Of a stretch of 64,000 nucleotides of DNA, positions 32,933 through 43,129 are shown in pieces; the first letter of the stretch is position 1, and the number at the start of each line of letters is the position of its first letter. The notes under the pieces were generated by a model that was not told the origin of the DNA, did not search any database, and worked only from the letters and a program-made list of their open reading frames with translations. The translations under genes and the position numbers were made by a program. Source of the DNA: Actinomycetota bacterium (lineage in GTDB: Bacteria > Actinomycetota > Actinomycetes > S36-B12); the NCBI GenBank assembly GCA_027729805.1, contig JAQCEO010000003.1:6302-70301 (forward strand), in the 5' to 3' direction.

Positions 32933-33523
32933 TCAGGTAGTCGGGTCCTCACCGCGGTCCAGGGCATCCCATGCGGATAGGGTCGAGATCGGTGCAGCAT
33001 CTTGGCCAGACTTGGCGGCCACGGACCGCTCATAACGCCGGCTCAATCCGGGCCAAGTACGACCACAGACCACGATCAGCCCACCCACCGCCGTTAAGGC
33101 CAGCCCGCCGATTAGGCCAAGTGCCCACCACGGGGTACTCGCCCACTGCTCTAGTTGCCCGCCCGCAAGCTGGCCTACCGCCTGTTGACCGACCAATGCC
33201 GCCGCCAGCACCGCCTGCGGATCAAGCCCAAATCCAATTGCACTAACCGCGGTGACCAGGCCCGCGCCCACCACCACGAGGCCAACGATTACGCGCGCCC
33301 AACCACGGGTGGCGAAAACCCCTGCGACCGCGGCCAACCCCAGCAGGGGCATGGCCGCGGCCATCGGGTAAAGCTCGCGTCCGGTGAAACTCACCTCGGT
33401 CCCGGTGTCACTTAGCCCCGAAACCAGCGGCAGGTTGGCACTGGCCCAAGGCAAGGCGAATGCCGCTATGACAATTAGCCCAGCTCCCACCAATCCAATC
33501 AATGCCACCCGATAAGTGGTCAC
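32933..33523 (-). CDS. Trp-operon-associated conserved membrane protein (TIGR02234-like)
   Basis: 196 aa with about 5 TM helices. Its GTG start overlaps the trpE stop (GTGA). It occupies the same position as the conserved membrane protein after trpE in other Actinomycetota (e.g. Rv1610 after trpE in M. tuberculosis). Confidence 0.7.
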   Translation of the reverse strand: MTTYRVALIGLVGAGLIVIAAFALPWASANLPLVSGLSDTGTEVSFTGRELYPMAAAMPLLGLAAVAGVFATRGWARVIVGLVVVGAGLVTAVSAIGFGLDPQAVLAAALVGQQAVGQLAGGQLEQWASTPWWALGLIGGLALTAVGGLIVVCGRTWPGLSRRYERSVAAKSGQDAAPISTLSAWDALDRGEDPTT

Positions 33524-35100
33524 CGGCTCGTCCTTGGACCAGCACCGGATACATCGGTCAGGGTTTGGGCGAGGGCCACCGCGCGCAAGACCGCGGCCGC
33601 CTTATTTCGACACTCCGCCGCCTCTGACTTCGGCACCGAGTCAGCAACGATGCCGGCGCCAGCTTGCACTACGGCTACCCCGTCTTTGATGAGCGCGGTT
33701 CGGATGGCAATGGCGGTATCAACATTGCCGGCGAAGTCAAAATAGCCGACGCAGCCGCCATAAAGCCCTCTGCGGACCTGCTCAAGCTCATCGATGATGG
33801 CCATTGCTCGTGGTTTGGGCGCACCAGACAAGGTGCCAGCTGGAAATGTCGCGGCCAAGGCATCGTATGACGTGCAATCCGAGCGCAGTTCGCCCGTGAC
33901 CGTCGAAACTAGGTGCATCACATGCGAATAGCGTTCGATCTGCATGAAGTCCACCACCGCAACGCTTCCTGGCTTACAAACCCGCCCAATGTCATTTCGC
34001 GCCAGATCCACCAGCATCAGATGCTCCGCGCGCTCCTTCGCATCAGCTAGCAGCTCCTCGCCTAAGGCCGCGTCTTCCTCAGGGGTAACCCCCCTAGCCC
34101 TAGTACCAGCGATTGGATGTACGACGCAGTGACCATTGGTGACGGTAACCAATGCCTCTGGGGAGGAACCAACGATTTCAAATGCCGTGCGCTCAGAAAT
34201 CTGCCCGGCTCCGTGATCGGGCTCGGACCGATCATCGTGCGGTAGGCGCAGGAAGTACATGTATGGACTGGGATTACTAGTGCGCAATATGCGATAGACA
34301 TCTAGGCCACTTGCCGCACACGGAGTTTGAAAGCGCTGCGAGAGGACCACCTGGAAAGCATCACCGGCGCGGATGTACTCCTGCGCACGCTCTACCGAAG
34401 TATGAAAGTCCTTCTCGGAGATATTGACTTTCACAGTTGGCTCGGCATCCGCGTCATATGTCCAGATCCCGGTGGCCGGGGTGGTCCCCAGCGCCGCCTG
34501 CATTAAGTCCAGCCGAGAAACCGCGTCCTGCCATGCTTCATCAACACGGTCATCAGAGGCGTCATAGTTGATCGCATTTGCGATAAGCAATACCGAACCA
34601 TCGCTGTGGTCGACAACCGCCAGATCGGTTGCCAGCAAGAATGCCAACTCGGGGATTTGCAACTCATCTGGATTCTTATCAGGGACCTGCTCCCACCGCC
34701 GCACCGCGTCGTAACTGAAATAGCCCACCAGGCCACCGGTCAACGGTGGCAGCCCCGGAACCTGCTCGGTGTGAAGGAGTTCAATAGTTTCACGCAACAC
34801 ATCCACCGGGTTACCGCAATTAGGGACACCCCGTGGTGCACGCCCGAGCCACGCCGCCGAGCCATCGCGCTCGGTCAGCATCGCCGCGGAGCGCACCCCG
34901 ATGAACGAGTACCGCGACCAAAGCCGCCCGGGTTCAGCCGACTCCAGCAAAAATGTGCCCGCGCGCTCACCGCACAGGGCCAAGAACAGTCCCACCGCAG
35001 TATGCCCATCGGCTAACAGTCGTCGGGCGACTGGAATGACCCGTCGATCCTTGGCCAACACTCGAAACTCCGGCAACTCCGGGAATGTTCTAATACTCAT
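33520..35100 (-). CDS. trpE: Anthranilate synthase component I
   Basis: 526 aa. LLESAEPG Trp-feedback block, and a chorismate-binding domain with GAPKPRAM and GGCVGY blocks. Confidence 0.96.
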   Translation of the reverse strand: MSIRTFPELPEFRVLAKDRRVIPVARRLLADGHTAVGLFLALCGERAGTFLLESAEPGRLWSRYSFIGVRSAAMLTERDGSAAWLGRAPRGVPNCGNPVDVLRETIELLHTEQVPGLPPLTGGLVGYFSYDAVRRWEQVPDKNPDELQIPELAFLLATDLAVVDHSDGSVLLIANAINYDASDDRVDEAWQDAVSRLDLMQAALGTTPATGIWTYDADAEPTVKVNISEKDFHTSVERAQEYIRAGDAFQVVLSQRFQTPCAASGLDVYRILRTSNPSPYMYFLRLPHDDRSEPDHGAGQISERTAFEIVGSSPEALVTVTNGHCVVHPIAGTRARGVTPEEDAALGEELLADAKERAEHLMLVDLARNDIGRVCKPGSVAVVDFMQIERYSHVMHLVSTVTGELRSDCTSYDALAATFPAGTLSGAPKPRAMAIIDELEQVRRGLYGGCVGYFDFAGNVDTAIAIRTALIKDGVAVVQAGAGIVADSVPKSEAAECRNKAAAVLRAVALAQTLTDVSGAGPRTSR

Positions 35101-35108
35101 ACTTTGAA

Positions 35109-35444
35109 TTACTTCCCGGCATCAAAGCACGATCGCGCACCGGTGTGGCACGCTTCACCGGGCTGATCGACTTGGAGCAAGATGGTGTCGCCGTCACAAT
35201 CTAATTTCAGTTCTCTAACCGCTTGGAAGTTCCCCGATGTTTCACCTTTGACCCACAACTTGGCCCTACTACGCGAGAAATAGGTAGCCCGCCCGGTTTC
35301 CAGGGTTAACTCCAAGGCCTCCTGATTCATCCAAGCCAACATCAAAACCTCACCAGAATCCCACTGTTGGGCGATCGCCGGGACCAGGCCTTGGTCGTTA
35401 AACCGCACCTGAGCTACTAGTTCGGCTCTTACTGCCATCCCCAC
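35109..35444 (-). CDS. hisI: Phosphoribosyl-AMP cyclohydrolase (monofunctional)
   Basis: 111 aa. [30 protein letters not shown] and CHTG blocks. No HisE domain is fused. An alternative ATG start lies at 35438. Confidence 0.93.
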   Translation of the reverse strand: MGMAVRAELVAQVRFNDQGLVPAIAQQWDSGEVLMLAWMNQEALELTLETGRATYFSRSRAKLWVKGETSGNFQAVRELKLDCDGDTILLQVDQPGEACHTGARSCFDAGK

Positions 35445-35452
35445 ATTGTGCC

Positions 35453-36127
35453 GTGATGGGATTCATAAGCCATGATGAGGTCGTGAACGCGGCCGCAGGT
35501 GCCCATAGTGAACGCCTTGACCTCGCCGCGCTTTTACTCGCCCTAGGCCCGGATGCACCCACCCTGTGCGCGGGTTGGAATGCCGCCGATCTCGCGGCTC
35601 ACCTAGTAATTCGCGAGTCGAGGCCGGATGCAGCACTTGGTATTTTGGGCGGACCACTGGCCGGTTGGACCCAACATATTCAAGGTGCGACGGCCAATTT
35701 GCCCTATAACGAGCTTGTCGCCAAAGTACGAGGTGGCCCCCCGACCCTCTCGTTCTTTGCTATCCCAGGTGTTGACGGCCTTGCCAATCTCTTTGAATTC
35801 TTCGTCCATCATGAGGATTTGCGTCGAGGGCAAGCCGACTGGCAGCCACGCGAACTAAATATGGATTTTGCCGATCTGCTTTGGGGTCGACTGGCCAAGA
35901 GCTCACGTCTACTTTTCCGAAAAGCCCCAGTTGGCGTGGTCCTGGAGCGAACGGATGGAATGGCGATGACCCGCATAGTCGCCCGCAAGGGTAACCCCGC
36001 TGTAACTTTGCGCGGCAGTGTCGGCGAACTCGTTCTGCGGTCCTATGGGCGCACCGAAGTAAAAGTAGAGGTTGACGGTACCGCCGATGCCCTGGCCGCC
36101 TTCAATAACTCGGCCTTGGGATTCTGA
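35453..36127 (+). CDS. DinB/mycothiol-maleylpyruvate-isomerase N-terminal-domain family protein (TIGR03085-like)
   Basis: 224 aa. The N-terminal [36 protein letters not shown] pattern matches, as I recall, an actinobacterial DinB-like metal-binding family. The assignment is from memory, with no catalytic inference. Confidence 0.55.
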   Translation: MMGFISHDEVVNAAAGAHSERLDLAALLLALGPDAPTLCAGWNAADLAAHLVIRESRPDAALGILGGPLAGWTQHIQGATANLPYNELVAKVRGGPPTLSFFAIPGVDGLANLFEFFVHHEDLRRGQADWQPRELNMDFADLLWGRLAKSSRLLFRKAPVGVVLERTDGMAMTRIVARKGNPAVTLRGSVGELVLRSYGRTEVKVEVDGTADALAAFNNSALGF

Positions 36128-36134
36128 CTAAGGA

Positions 36135-36905
36135 TTAACGAACCGGTAAACCCGATTCAGTTAATGCTTCTTTCACCTGAGATACCGTGAACTGCCCGAA
36201 ATGGAAGACACTGGCCGCCAGGACGGCATCGGCGCCAGCGTCAACGGCCTGGGCAAAATCAGTAAGCGACCCGGCCCCGCCGCTGGCGATCAGCGGCACC
36301 TGAACAACACTTCGGATCTTCTCGATTAGTTCAAGGTCAAATCCAGCCTTGGTGCCGTCAGCATCCATCGAGTTCAACAAGATCTCACCGGCACCTCGCT
36401 TGGTACCTTCTATCGCCCAAGTTATCGCATCAACACCGGTACTGCGCCTACCGCCATGGGTTGTTACCTCGAATCCGCTCTCGCTGCTAACCCCTATTGG
36501 ACACCGGCGCGCATCGATCGATAGGACAACGCATTGAGAGCCGAACCGCTCGGCGGCTTGCCTTAGTAAAGTCGGGTCGGCGATCGCTGCTGTGTTCAAG
36601 CTGACTTTGTCGGCACCTGCGCGCAAGAGCCGATCAAAGTCATCCGGTGATCGGACGCCACCGCCAACAGTTAGTGGGATGAAAACGCAATCGGCAGTTC
36701 GACGAACAACGTCAAGCATTGTTTGCCTATCCCCACTTGATGCGGTTATATCCAGGAAAACTATTTCATCCGCACCCTCAGCGTCATATCGCGAGGCCAG
36801 TTCAACTGGATCACCCGCATCACGCAGGCCGGTGAAATTCACGCCCTTAACAACTCGTCCAGCATCAACATCAAGGCAGGGAATTACCCGGATTGCCAGA
36901 CTCAC
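36135..36905 (-). CDS. hisF: Imidazole glycerol phosphate synthase cyclase subunit
   Basis: (M)[21 protein letters not shown]-terminus; ASGGAG block. The preferred GTG start at 36905 gives a GTGA overlap with the hisA stop. The track start is 36923. Confidence 0.95.
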   Translation of the reverse strand: MSLAIRVIPCLDVDAGRVVKGVNFTGLRDAGDPVELASRYDAEGADEIVFLDITASSGDRQTMLDVVRRTADCVFIPLTVGGGVRSPDDFDRLLRAGADKVSLNTAAIADPTLLRQAAERFGSQCVVLSIDARRCPIGVSSESGFEVTTHGGRRSTGVDAITWAIEGTKRGAGEILLNSMDADGTKAGFDLELIEKIRSVVQVPLIASGGAGSLTDFAQAVDAGADAVLAASVFHFGQFTVSQVKEALTESGLPVR

Positions 36906-37672
36906 GGTCGGGGTGGTCCCCACTCATAAGGGTCATACCTGGGCTCGATGGCCGCAATCGCTTCCGCCAAGGTAAATGCACCGTCATAGAGGGCTCTGCC
37001 AATAATTGCCCCTTCTATCCCCGACGGCACCATATCGACCAACTTATGTAAGTCTTCCAACTTCGAAATCCCACCCGAAGCGATCACCGGCCTCTTGGTT
37101 GCTGCGCACACATCGCGCAACAGGTGAAAGTTCGGGCCGTGCATAGTGCCATCTTTGGTGACATCGGTTACGACATAACGTGCGCACCCGGCCGCGTCCA
37201 GGCGAGCAAGGGTCTGCCAAAGATCGCCACCATCTTTGGTCCAGCCCCGCGCCGACAAAGTGGTGCCTCGCACATCCAGGCCGACCGCGATTTGCTCCCC
37301 ATATTCAGCAATTACCTTCGCCGTCCAATCCGGGTCCTCGAGTGCAGCAGTGCCTAGATTCACTCGGTCACACCCGGTGGCAAGTGCCGCTTTGAGGGAT
37401 GCGTCATCGCGAATACCGCCAGACAACTCAACTTTCACATGGTGGCGTACATCGGCAACAACCCGGGCCAGCAGGCCGGCGTTATCGCCTTTACCGAAAG
37501 CTGCATCAAGGTCGACCAGGTGGATCCACTGCGCACCTTGGTTGATCCAAGCCCGAGCCGAATCCAATGGCGACCCGTAGGCGGTCTCGGTCCCGGCCTT
37601 ACCCTGCACCAGTCGCACCGCCTGACCCCCGGAAACATCAACGGCGGGCAGCAGGATCAACTCTTTCGACAC
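36902..37672 (-). CDS. hisA: ProFAR isomerase HisA, probably the actinobacterial dual-substrate PriA type (HisA/TrpF)
   Basis: 256 aa. [21 protein letters not shown]-terminus, IASGGIS block. No trpF is present in the adjacent trp cluster. Confidence 0.85.
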   Translation of the reverse strand: MSKELILLPAVDVSGGQAVRLVQGKAGTETAYGSPLDSARAWINQGAQWIHLVDLDAAFGKGDNAGLLARVVADVRHHVKVELSGGIRDDASLKAALATGCDRVNLGTAALEDPDWTAKVIAEYGEQIAVGLDVRGTTLSARGWTKDGGDLWQTLARLDAAGCARYVVTDVTKDGTMHGPNFHLLRDVCAATKRPVIASGGISKLEDLHKLVDMVPSGIEGAIIGRALYDGAFTLAEAIAAIEPRYDPYEWGPPRP

Positions 37673-37718
37673 GCCCCGAACCCTACTTTGCGCGCGTCGC
37701 CAACTTAACCGCGGAGTG

Positions 37719-38354
37719 TCAGAGGGAGTGAAGCCACGAATTCAGTAACTCAAGGCCGGCAGCACCGGACTTCTCTGGATGGAACTGGGTAGCGACCAAT
37801 GGACCGCTCTCGATGGCGGCCACAAAGTCAGTGCCGTGGGTACCCCAAGTGACAACCGGTGGCCGCCGGTTCAGATCGTGTTCGCCCAACTCCAAGGTGG
37901 TCACCCCGTAGGAGTGTACGAAATAGAACCGCTCCCCTGAAACCTCCGCAAAAATCGTTGAATCCTCCGGCGCCCGCACGGTGTCCCAGCCCATATGCGG
38001 CAAAATCGGAGCATCAAGTTGCTCGACCACTCCGGGCCATTGGCCTAGGCCATCGACCATGGTGGCGTGCTCGACACCATTGGCGAACAACACCTGCATT
38101 CCGACACAAATACCCAGCACCGGCCTGCCATCAGTCAGGCGCCGATCGATGATTACATCACCGCGCACCTCGAGGATCCCGCGCATGCAGGCCGCGAAAG
38201 CACCGACACCAGGCACCACTAACGCATCGGCATTTAGTGCCTTATCGAAGTCAGCCGTAACCTGGACTCTTGCTCCGACTTTTTCAAGCGCGCGTTGCGC
38301 GGACCGAAGGTTGCCTGACCCGTAATCCAAGATGACAATGTTTTGAGTTGCCAC
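37719..38354 (-). CDS. hisH: Imidazole glycerol phosphate synthase glutaminase subunit
   Basis: 211 aa. [29 protein letters not shown] and QFHPEKS triad blocks. Confidence 0.95.
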   Translation of the reverse strand: MATQNIVILDYGSGNLRSAQRALEKVGARVQVTADFDKALNADALVVPGVGAFAACMRGILEVRGDVIIDRRLTDGRPVLGICVGMQVLFANGVEHATMVDGLGQWPGVVEQLDAPILPHMGWDTVRAPEDSTIFAEVSGERFYFVHSYGVTTLELGEHDLNRRPPVVTWGTHGTDFVAAIESGPLVATQFHPEKSGAAGLELLNSWLHSL

Positions 38355-38363
38355 AGCTCTACG

Positions 38364-38966
38364 CTAAGACTTGTTAGCGGTTAAGGTGCCTTTGGTTGAC
38401 GGCACGCCAATCACGCGCACATCCGTTGCCACCGCGGCGCGCAGCGACCGGGCAACCGACTTGAACTGGGCCTCAACCACGTGGTGCGCATTGCGACCCG
38501 AGATTACTCGCACGTGCAATGTGATCTTGGCGGTCGCCACAATTGACTCCCAGATGTGCCGAGTCAAAGTGGTGTCGTACGAGCCAATTAGCTCGACGAC
38601 CTCGGGCTCCTCATGTACCAAATAGGGTCGGCCCGAAAGATCAACGGCGGACTGAACCAAGCACTCATCAAGTGGAACTAGAGCATCACCGAAGCGACAT
38701 AGACCAGCGCGGTCGCCAAGGGCTTCATTCATCGCCTGACCTATTGCCAATGCGGTGTCCTCCACGGTGTGGTGCGCGTCAACTTCGAGATCACCTTTGG
38801 TAGCGACGGTTAAGTCAAAACCACCATGCTTTGCCAACTGCGCCAGCATGTGATCAAAAAATGGGACTCCAGTATCAATGGTGCTCACACCACTGCCGTC
38901 GAGGTTCAACTCGACCAGCACCTGACTTTCCTTGGTGTTGCGCTCAACCCGCGCCGTGCGACTCAT
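38364..38966 (-). CDS. hisB: Imidazoleglycerol-phosphate dehydratase
   Basis: 200 aa. RTARVERNTKESQV, DAHHTVEDTALA and NAHHVVEA metal-binding blocks. Confidence 0.96.
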   Translation of the reverse strand: MSRTARVERNTKESQVLVELNLDGSGVSTIDTGVPFFDHMLAQLAKHGGFDLTVATKGDLEVDAHHTVEDTALAIGQAMNEALGDRAGLCRFGDALVPLDECLVQSAVDLSGRPYLVHEEPEVVELIGSYDTTLTRHIWESIVATAKITLHVRVISGRNAHHVVEAQFKSVARSLRAAVATDVRVIGVPSTKGTLTANKS

Positions 38967-38968
38967 GA

Positions 38969-40078
38969 TTACCCTTCTTTAGCTACCGCGCTCACCAGCG
39001 CAGCCCTAAACCTATCGTTTTCAACGGGTGTACCAATACTTACCCGCAGGTAGCCAGTTGGGCCCGTGACACGAATTAATACCCCTTGATCCAGCAAGCG
39101 TTGCCAGATGCCCTGGCGATCAGCGAAAGTACCAAAGAGAATGAAATTCGCATCGCTTCGGACGGCCTCGAAGCCCTGCCCGATCAGCCACTCCTGCAGT
39201 GCATCACGTTCCCGGCGGATGGTGGCCACCTGGGCCTGCAAGGAGTCGGAGTGGCGGAGCGCGGCTATCGCTACCGCCTGGGTCACCGAGGAGAGGTGGT
39301 ACGGAAGTCGTACCACGCTCAAGGTCGCGACCACGGCCGGATCGGCCGTCACCGCATAACCCAATCGGGCTCCCGCCAGCCCAAAAGCCTTGCTCATCGT
39401 GCGGGTGACCACCAGATTCGCAAAATCCGGTAGCAGCTCCAGTGCTGATGGGATCCCAGCACGACGAAATTCCGCATATGCCTCATCGACTATGAGCATC
39501 GCCCCGCACTCCCGTGCAGTGCTAAGTAGGGTCTTCAGATCTACCGGGTCAAGTGCGGTGCCGGTCGGGTTGTTGGGGGCGGTCACCAGAATTAAGGACG
39601 GGCGGTGACTGACTATCTGCCGACATGCACTAGCAATATCGATGGTGAAATCCGCGCGCCGCGGGAAAGACAGATAACTGGTAAATGTGTCGCGGGCATA
39701 CTCCGGATACATTGAGTAAGTCGGATCAAAGCTAATGGCTAAGCGCCCCGGACCCCCAAAGGCCAAGAATAAATGGTGCATTACCTCATTTGATCCGTTG
39801 GCGGCCCATATCTGCCCCCATGGGACCTGAGCGCCGGATTCACCGGCCAGATAATCAGCAAGGGTTTGTCGCAAGACGACCGCGTCGCGAAGTGGGTACC
39901 TGTTTAAATCCGTGGCAACTGACCGGACCGCAGCCGTAATCGCCTCAACCACATCAGCCGGCAACGGGAAGGGATTCTCATTCACATTCAAACAGACCGG
40001 GACGGCTAATTGCGGTGCTCCATATGAAATAACGCCCCGTAAATCATCGCGAATCGGAAACTCGAATGCAGGTGGCAC
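38969..40078 (-). CDS. hisC: Histidinol-phosphate aminotransferase
   Basis: IRDDLRGVISYGAPQL N-terminus, NENP, a PNNPTG block and an RTMSKAFGLAG PLP-lysine block. The track start at 40156 overlaps hisD by 77 nt. The GTG at 40078 lies directly after the hisD TAG and is preferred. Confidence 0.93.
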   Translation of the reverse strand: MPPAFEFPIRDDLRGVISYGAPQLAVPVCLNVNENPFPLPADVVEAITAAVRSVATDLNRYPLRDAVVLRQTLADYLAGESGAQVPWGQIWAANGSNEVMHHLFLAFGGPGRLAISFDPTYSMYPEYARDTFTSYLSFPRRADFTIDIASACRQIVSHRPSLILVTAPNNPTGTALDPVDLKTLLSTARECGAMLIVDEAYAEFRRAGIPSALELLPDFANLVVTRTMSKAFGLAGARLGYAVTADPAVVATLSVVRLPYHLSSVTQAVAIAALRHSDSLQAQVATIRRERDALQEWLIGQGFEAVRSDANFILFGTFADRQGIWQRLLDQGVLIRVTGPTGYLRVSIGTPVENDRFRAALVSAVAKEG

Positions 40079-40079
40079 G

Positions 40080-41393
40080 CTATTGCACTTCACGCTGGGT
40101 GCGAATTCGAATGGCATCACCATGCGCGGGTAGATCCTCTGCCCCCGCCAAGGCAATCACGTGCCCTGCAACATCGTTGAAAGCAGCCTCGTCGTACTCG
40201 ATGATGTGAACACCTCTGAGGAACGACTGCACGGATAAGCCGGAGGAGTATCTCGCGCTACCGCGAGTTGGGAGCACGTGGTTAGAGCCCGCGCAGTAGT
40301 CACCTAGTGAGACCGGGGCCCAAGTACCGACAAATATCGCACCGGCATTTTGAACTCGCATGGCGATTTCGCGGGCATTTTCCGTTTGAATCTCCAGGTG
40401 CTCAGCCGCGTATGCATCCACCACCCGTAATCCGGCCTCCAGATCATCTACCAAGACGATCGCACTTTGCACACCACTCAGTGATTCGGTAATGCGCTCA
40501 ACATGTTTAGTATTAGCAACTTGGTTAACAACTTCAAGGGCAACCGCATCGGCGAGTGCCTCTGAAGGTGTGATGAGCACCGCGGCCGCCAGGACATCAT
40601 GCTCGGCCTGACTCAGCAGATCAGCGGCGAGGTACCGTGGGTCAGCGGTATCGTCGGCCAAAATTGCAATCTCGGTTGGGCCGGCTTCACTGTCAATACC
40701 AACCACACCACGAAGTGCACGCTTGGCAGCCGTCACGTAGATATTGCCAGGACCGGTGACCAGATCAACCGGTTTGCAGCGTCCATCGGGTAGATCGACC
40801 CCATAGGCCAACATTGCAATGGCCTGCGCACCACCAACCGCGTAAACCTCATCGACGCCAAGGAGCGCGCATGCCGCCAAAATGGTCGGATGTGGCCAGC
40901 CACCAAAATCTTGCTGCGGTGGCGAAACCACCGCTAGTGACTTAACCCCGGCCACTTGGGCTGGCACCACGTTCATAATCACACTGCTCGGATAAACGGC
41001 ACGCCCGCCGGGCACATACAGCCCGACCCGCTCGACTGGTAACCAGCGCTCAGTGACCGTGCCCCCTGGCACCACCACCGAGGTGGTGTCCGTCCGGCGT
41101 TGATCTAGGTGGGCGCGCCGAGTGCGATCAATAGCCTCCAGCAGGCCCGCTCGCACCGCTGGCTCCAGCCCCGCCTCGGCACTTGCGATTACCTGGGCCG
41201 GCACTCTAAGTGCCGGTGGTCGCACGTTGTCAAGTAGCTCGGACCAGCGAAACACCGCCGCCGCGCCCTCATCGTGGACTTCCCTGAGGATTGGTGCAAT
41301 CCGCTGGGCCGCATCCGCAACATCCATGGCGGCCCGCGGCACCGCAAGGCGCGGGTCAATTGACGAACCTCGAAGGTCAATGCGCCGGATCAC
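40080..41393 (-). CDS. hisD: Histidinol dehydrogenase
   Basis: 437 aa. [18 protein letters not shown] and [12 protein letters not shown] blocks. GTG start. Confidence 0.96.
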   Translation of the reverse strand: MIRRIDLRGSSIDPRLAVPRAAMDVADAAQRIAPILREVHDEGAAAVFRWSELLDNVRPPALRVPAQVIASAEAGLEPAVRAGLLEAIDRTRRAHLDQRRTDTTSVVVPGGTVTERWLPVERVGLYVPGGRAVYPSSVIMNVVPAQVAGVKSLAVVSPPQQDFGGWPHPTILAACALLGVDEVYAVGGAQAIAMLAYGVDLPDGRCKPVDLVTGPGNIYVTAAKRALRGVVGIDSEAGPTEIAILADDTADPRYLAADLLSQAEHDVLAAAVLITPSEALADAVALEVVNQVANTKHVERITESLSGVQSAIVLVDDLEAGLRVVDAYAAEHLEIQTENAREIAMRVQNAGAIFVGTWAPVSLGDYCAGSNHVLPTRGSARYSSGLSVQSFLRGVHIIEYDEAAFNDVAGHVIALAGAEDLPAHGDAIRIRTQREVQ

Positions 41394-41416
41394 GTGGAGG
41401 AGTTTACGCTGCCCCT

Positions 41417-42088
41417 GTGATCACCACGCTGCCGCTCTTCCCACTTAACACCCATTTGGTGCCCGGACTGGTTATGCCACTGCATATTTTCGAGCCCAGA
41501 TACTGTCAACTCGTCGAAATGCTGCTGGCCAACCCAGATGAAGACGCCCGGGAATTCGGTATCGTGGCGCTGCGTGATGGCAGATCACTGGACGAGCACG
41601 GGGTTGGCGCGCTATATGAAATTGGTACCGGAGCCGTGATCCGACAAGTTGACCGGGCCGATAACGGTCTCTTTGACATTGTCACCATCGGTTCCCGGCG
41701 GTTCTTGATACATGCTGTCGACGCCAGTGCGCCGCTTGCCACCGCAACCGTTGAGTTCTTGGATGAACCAATGAGCAGCCTCAGTCCAATCTTGATGCAA
41801 CAGGTGGCGAAACGATTTACCACCTACCGAACCGTACTCGGTGGTCAATTCGATGATGGCGACGCGCGTGCCGACGACCTACCTGCCGACCCAAACGTCC
41901 TCAGTTATCTGATAACGGCATCAATGGTGCTTCCAACAGCTGAACGACAGAGCCTGCTCAGCGCGCCAGACGCAAGTGAGCGCCTAACCTTGGCGAGTGA
42001 GTTACTGGCGCGCGAGAATGCACTTATCTCAGCTTTGTCCGCGGTTCCAGCAATCGATCTGTTACCTGCTATCGACTATCCAAATTGA
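41417..42088 (+). CDS. Lon protease N-terminal (LON substrate-binding) domain protein
   Basis: The [29 protein letters not shown] opening is typical of stand-alone Lon-N domain proteins. The track ORF begins at 41291, but its first 42 codons are antisense to hisD. An in-frame GTG at 41417 is preferred, although its SD is weak or distant. Confidence 0.7.
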   Translation: MITTLPLFPLNTHLVPGLVMPLHIFEPRYCQLVEMLLANPDEDAREFGIVALRDGRSLDEHGVGALYEIGTGAVIRQVDRADNGLFDIVTIGSRRFLIHAVDASAPLATATVEFLDEPMSSLSPILMQQVAKRFTTYRTVLGGQFDDGDARADDLPADPNVLSYLITASMVLPTAERQSLLSAPDASERLTLASELLARENALISALSAVPAIDLLPAIDYPN

Positions 42089-42109
42089 CCGCGAAAACCG
42101 ACCGGGAAA

Positions 42110-42619
42110 ATGGCAAGGAACCTGCGAAACGGCAAGCGTGCTGGCACCGGCACCCCCGCTACCGTCGCCCTCACCGTCGCGGGGATCACCTTCACGGTGC
42201 ACAACTATGAGCATGATCCTAGGCAGCGGGCCTACGGCACCGAAGCTGCTACCGCTTTGCAATTTGATCCTGCCAAGGTATTTAAGACGCTAATCGTTGA
42301 TGTAGATGATCTGCCAACAGTGGCAATAGTGCCGGTCAACTCAATGTTGGACCTGAAGGCGCACGCGGCCAGCTGCGGTGGCCGCAGAGCAGCGCTAGCA
42401 GATCAAAAGGTAGCGGAGCGAATTACCGGTTACGTAGTGGGCGGCATCAGCCCCATCGGACAAAAGCGGAAACTAAGCACGGTTCTCGACATCAGTGCTC
42501 AAGACTTAGACACCATGTATGTATCCGGCGGGGTCCGCGGCATGCAAATTGGTTTATGTCCGAGCGACTTGATCAAAATCACCGATGCCATTAACGGCCC
42601 GATCGCGCGTTTTTCTTAG
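42110..42619 (+). CDS. ybaK: Cys-tRNA(Pro)/Cys-tRNA(Cys) deacylase YbaK
   Basis: 169 aa. YbaK/EbsC-type editing domain (FKTLIV...VAIVPV...LDLK...TGYVVGGISPIGQKRK). Confidence 0.8.
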   Translation: MARNLRNGKRAGTGTPATVALTVAGITFTVHNYEHDPRQRAYGTEAATALQFDPAKVFKTLIVDVDDLPTVAIVPVNSMLDLKAHAASCGGRRAALADQKVAERITGYVVGGISPIGQKRKLSTVLDISAQDLDTMYVSGGVRGMQIGLCPSDLIKITDAINGPIARFS

Positions 42620-43106
42620 CCGTACCCCACCAATCGGCGAAAGACACTGCAAAAATAACGATGGCTGCGGTAATTGGCCACACCAGGAGCAAGGCGGGCA
42701 TCGAAACCTTAAGTGGGGCTTCGATTAATTCTTCATCCATGGTGGTAGCCACCAATCCGGCTATATCTACCGACCCAAGCCGGCCACCAACAAACCACAT
42801 GAGAAGTGATCCGACACCGCCGGCGAGTAGGCCGGCAACCAATACCGACAGCGGATGCTCCCGACGCATGACAAGCAGTCCGATGGTTACGGCCAGCCCC
42901 GCGAAGAGCGCTAGCACCGCAAAGGAAACATCCGCGGCCATATACCCGTCCGACTGATAGTTGGCCGGATAGGTCGCGCCAGATCGCACCACCAACGGCA
43001 CCCGCGGTGCCGACCGCCACCAAATGACCCCGAGTGCTAACCCGCTCACCGCGCCAACTGCGACACCGGCGACAACGACCGCAGACGTTCGACGTAGGAA
43101 AGACAT
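42591..43106 (-). CDS. Hypothetical integral membrane protein (about 4 TM helices)
   Basis: 171 aa. Hydrophobic segments at the N-terminus, the middle (two) and the C-terminus. No catalytic motif recognised. Its 3' end overlaps the convergent ybaK by 29 nt. Confidence 0.5.
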   Translation of the reverse strand: MSFLRRTSAVVVAGVAVGAVSGLALGVIWWRSAPRVPLVVRSGATYPANYQSDGYMAADVSFAVLALFAGLAVTIGLLVMRREHPLSVLVAGLLAGGVGSLLMWFVGGRLGSVDIAGLVATTMDEELIEAPLKVSMPALLLVWPITAAIVIFAVSFADWWGTAKKNARSGR

Positions 43107-43129
43107 CAGACTCCGGTCGAGTTGGGAAG

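Noticed and set aside
32638-33033. 131-aa minus-strand ORF overlapping both the HGxxPAAW gene and the 3' end of the Trp-associated membrane gene.
   Set aside because: The alternative 76-aa frame (32664-32894) carries the HGxxPAAW signature and clean TM helices. The 131-aa frame is Arg/Cys/His-rich and overlaps two better-supported genes.
35101-35108. Tryptophan leader peptide or attenuator upstream of trpE.
   Set aside because: Only 8 nt separate the hisI stop from the trpE start, leaving no room for a leader ORF or terminator/antiterminator. trpE appears to be co-transcribed with hisI.
41291-41416. N-terminal 42 codons of the track ORF for the Lon-N-domain protein.
   Set aside because: This stretch is antisense to the hisD 5' end, and its translation ([20 protein letters not shown]...) is low complexity. 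The conserved domain begins right after the GTG at 41417.
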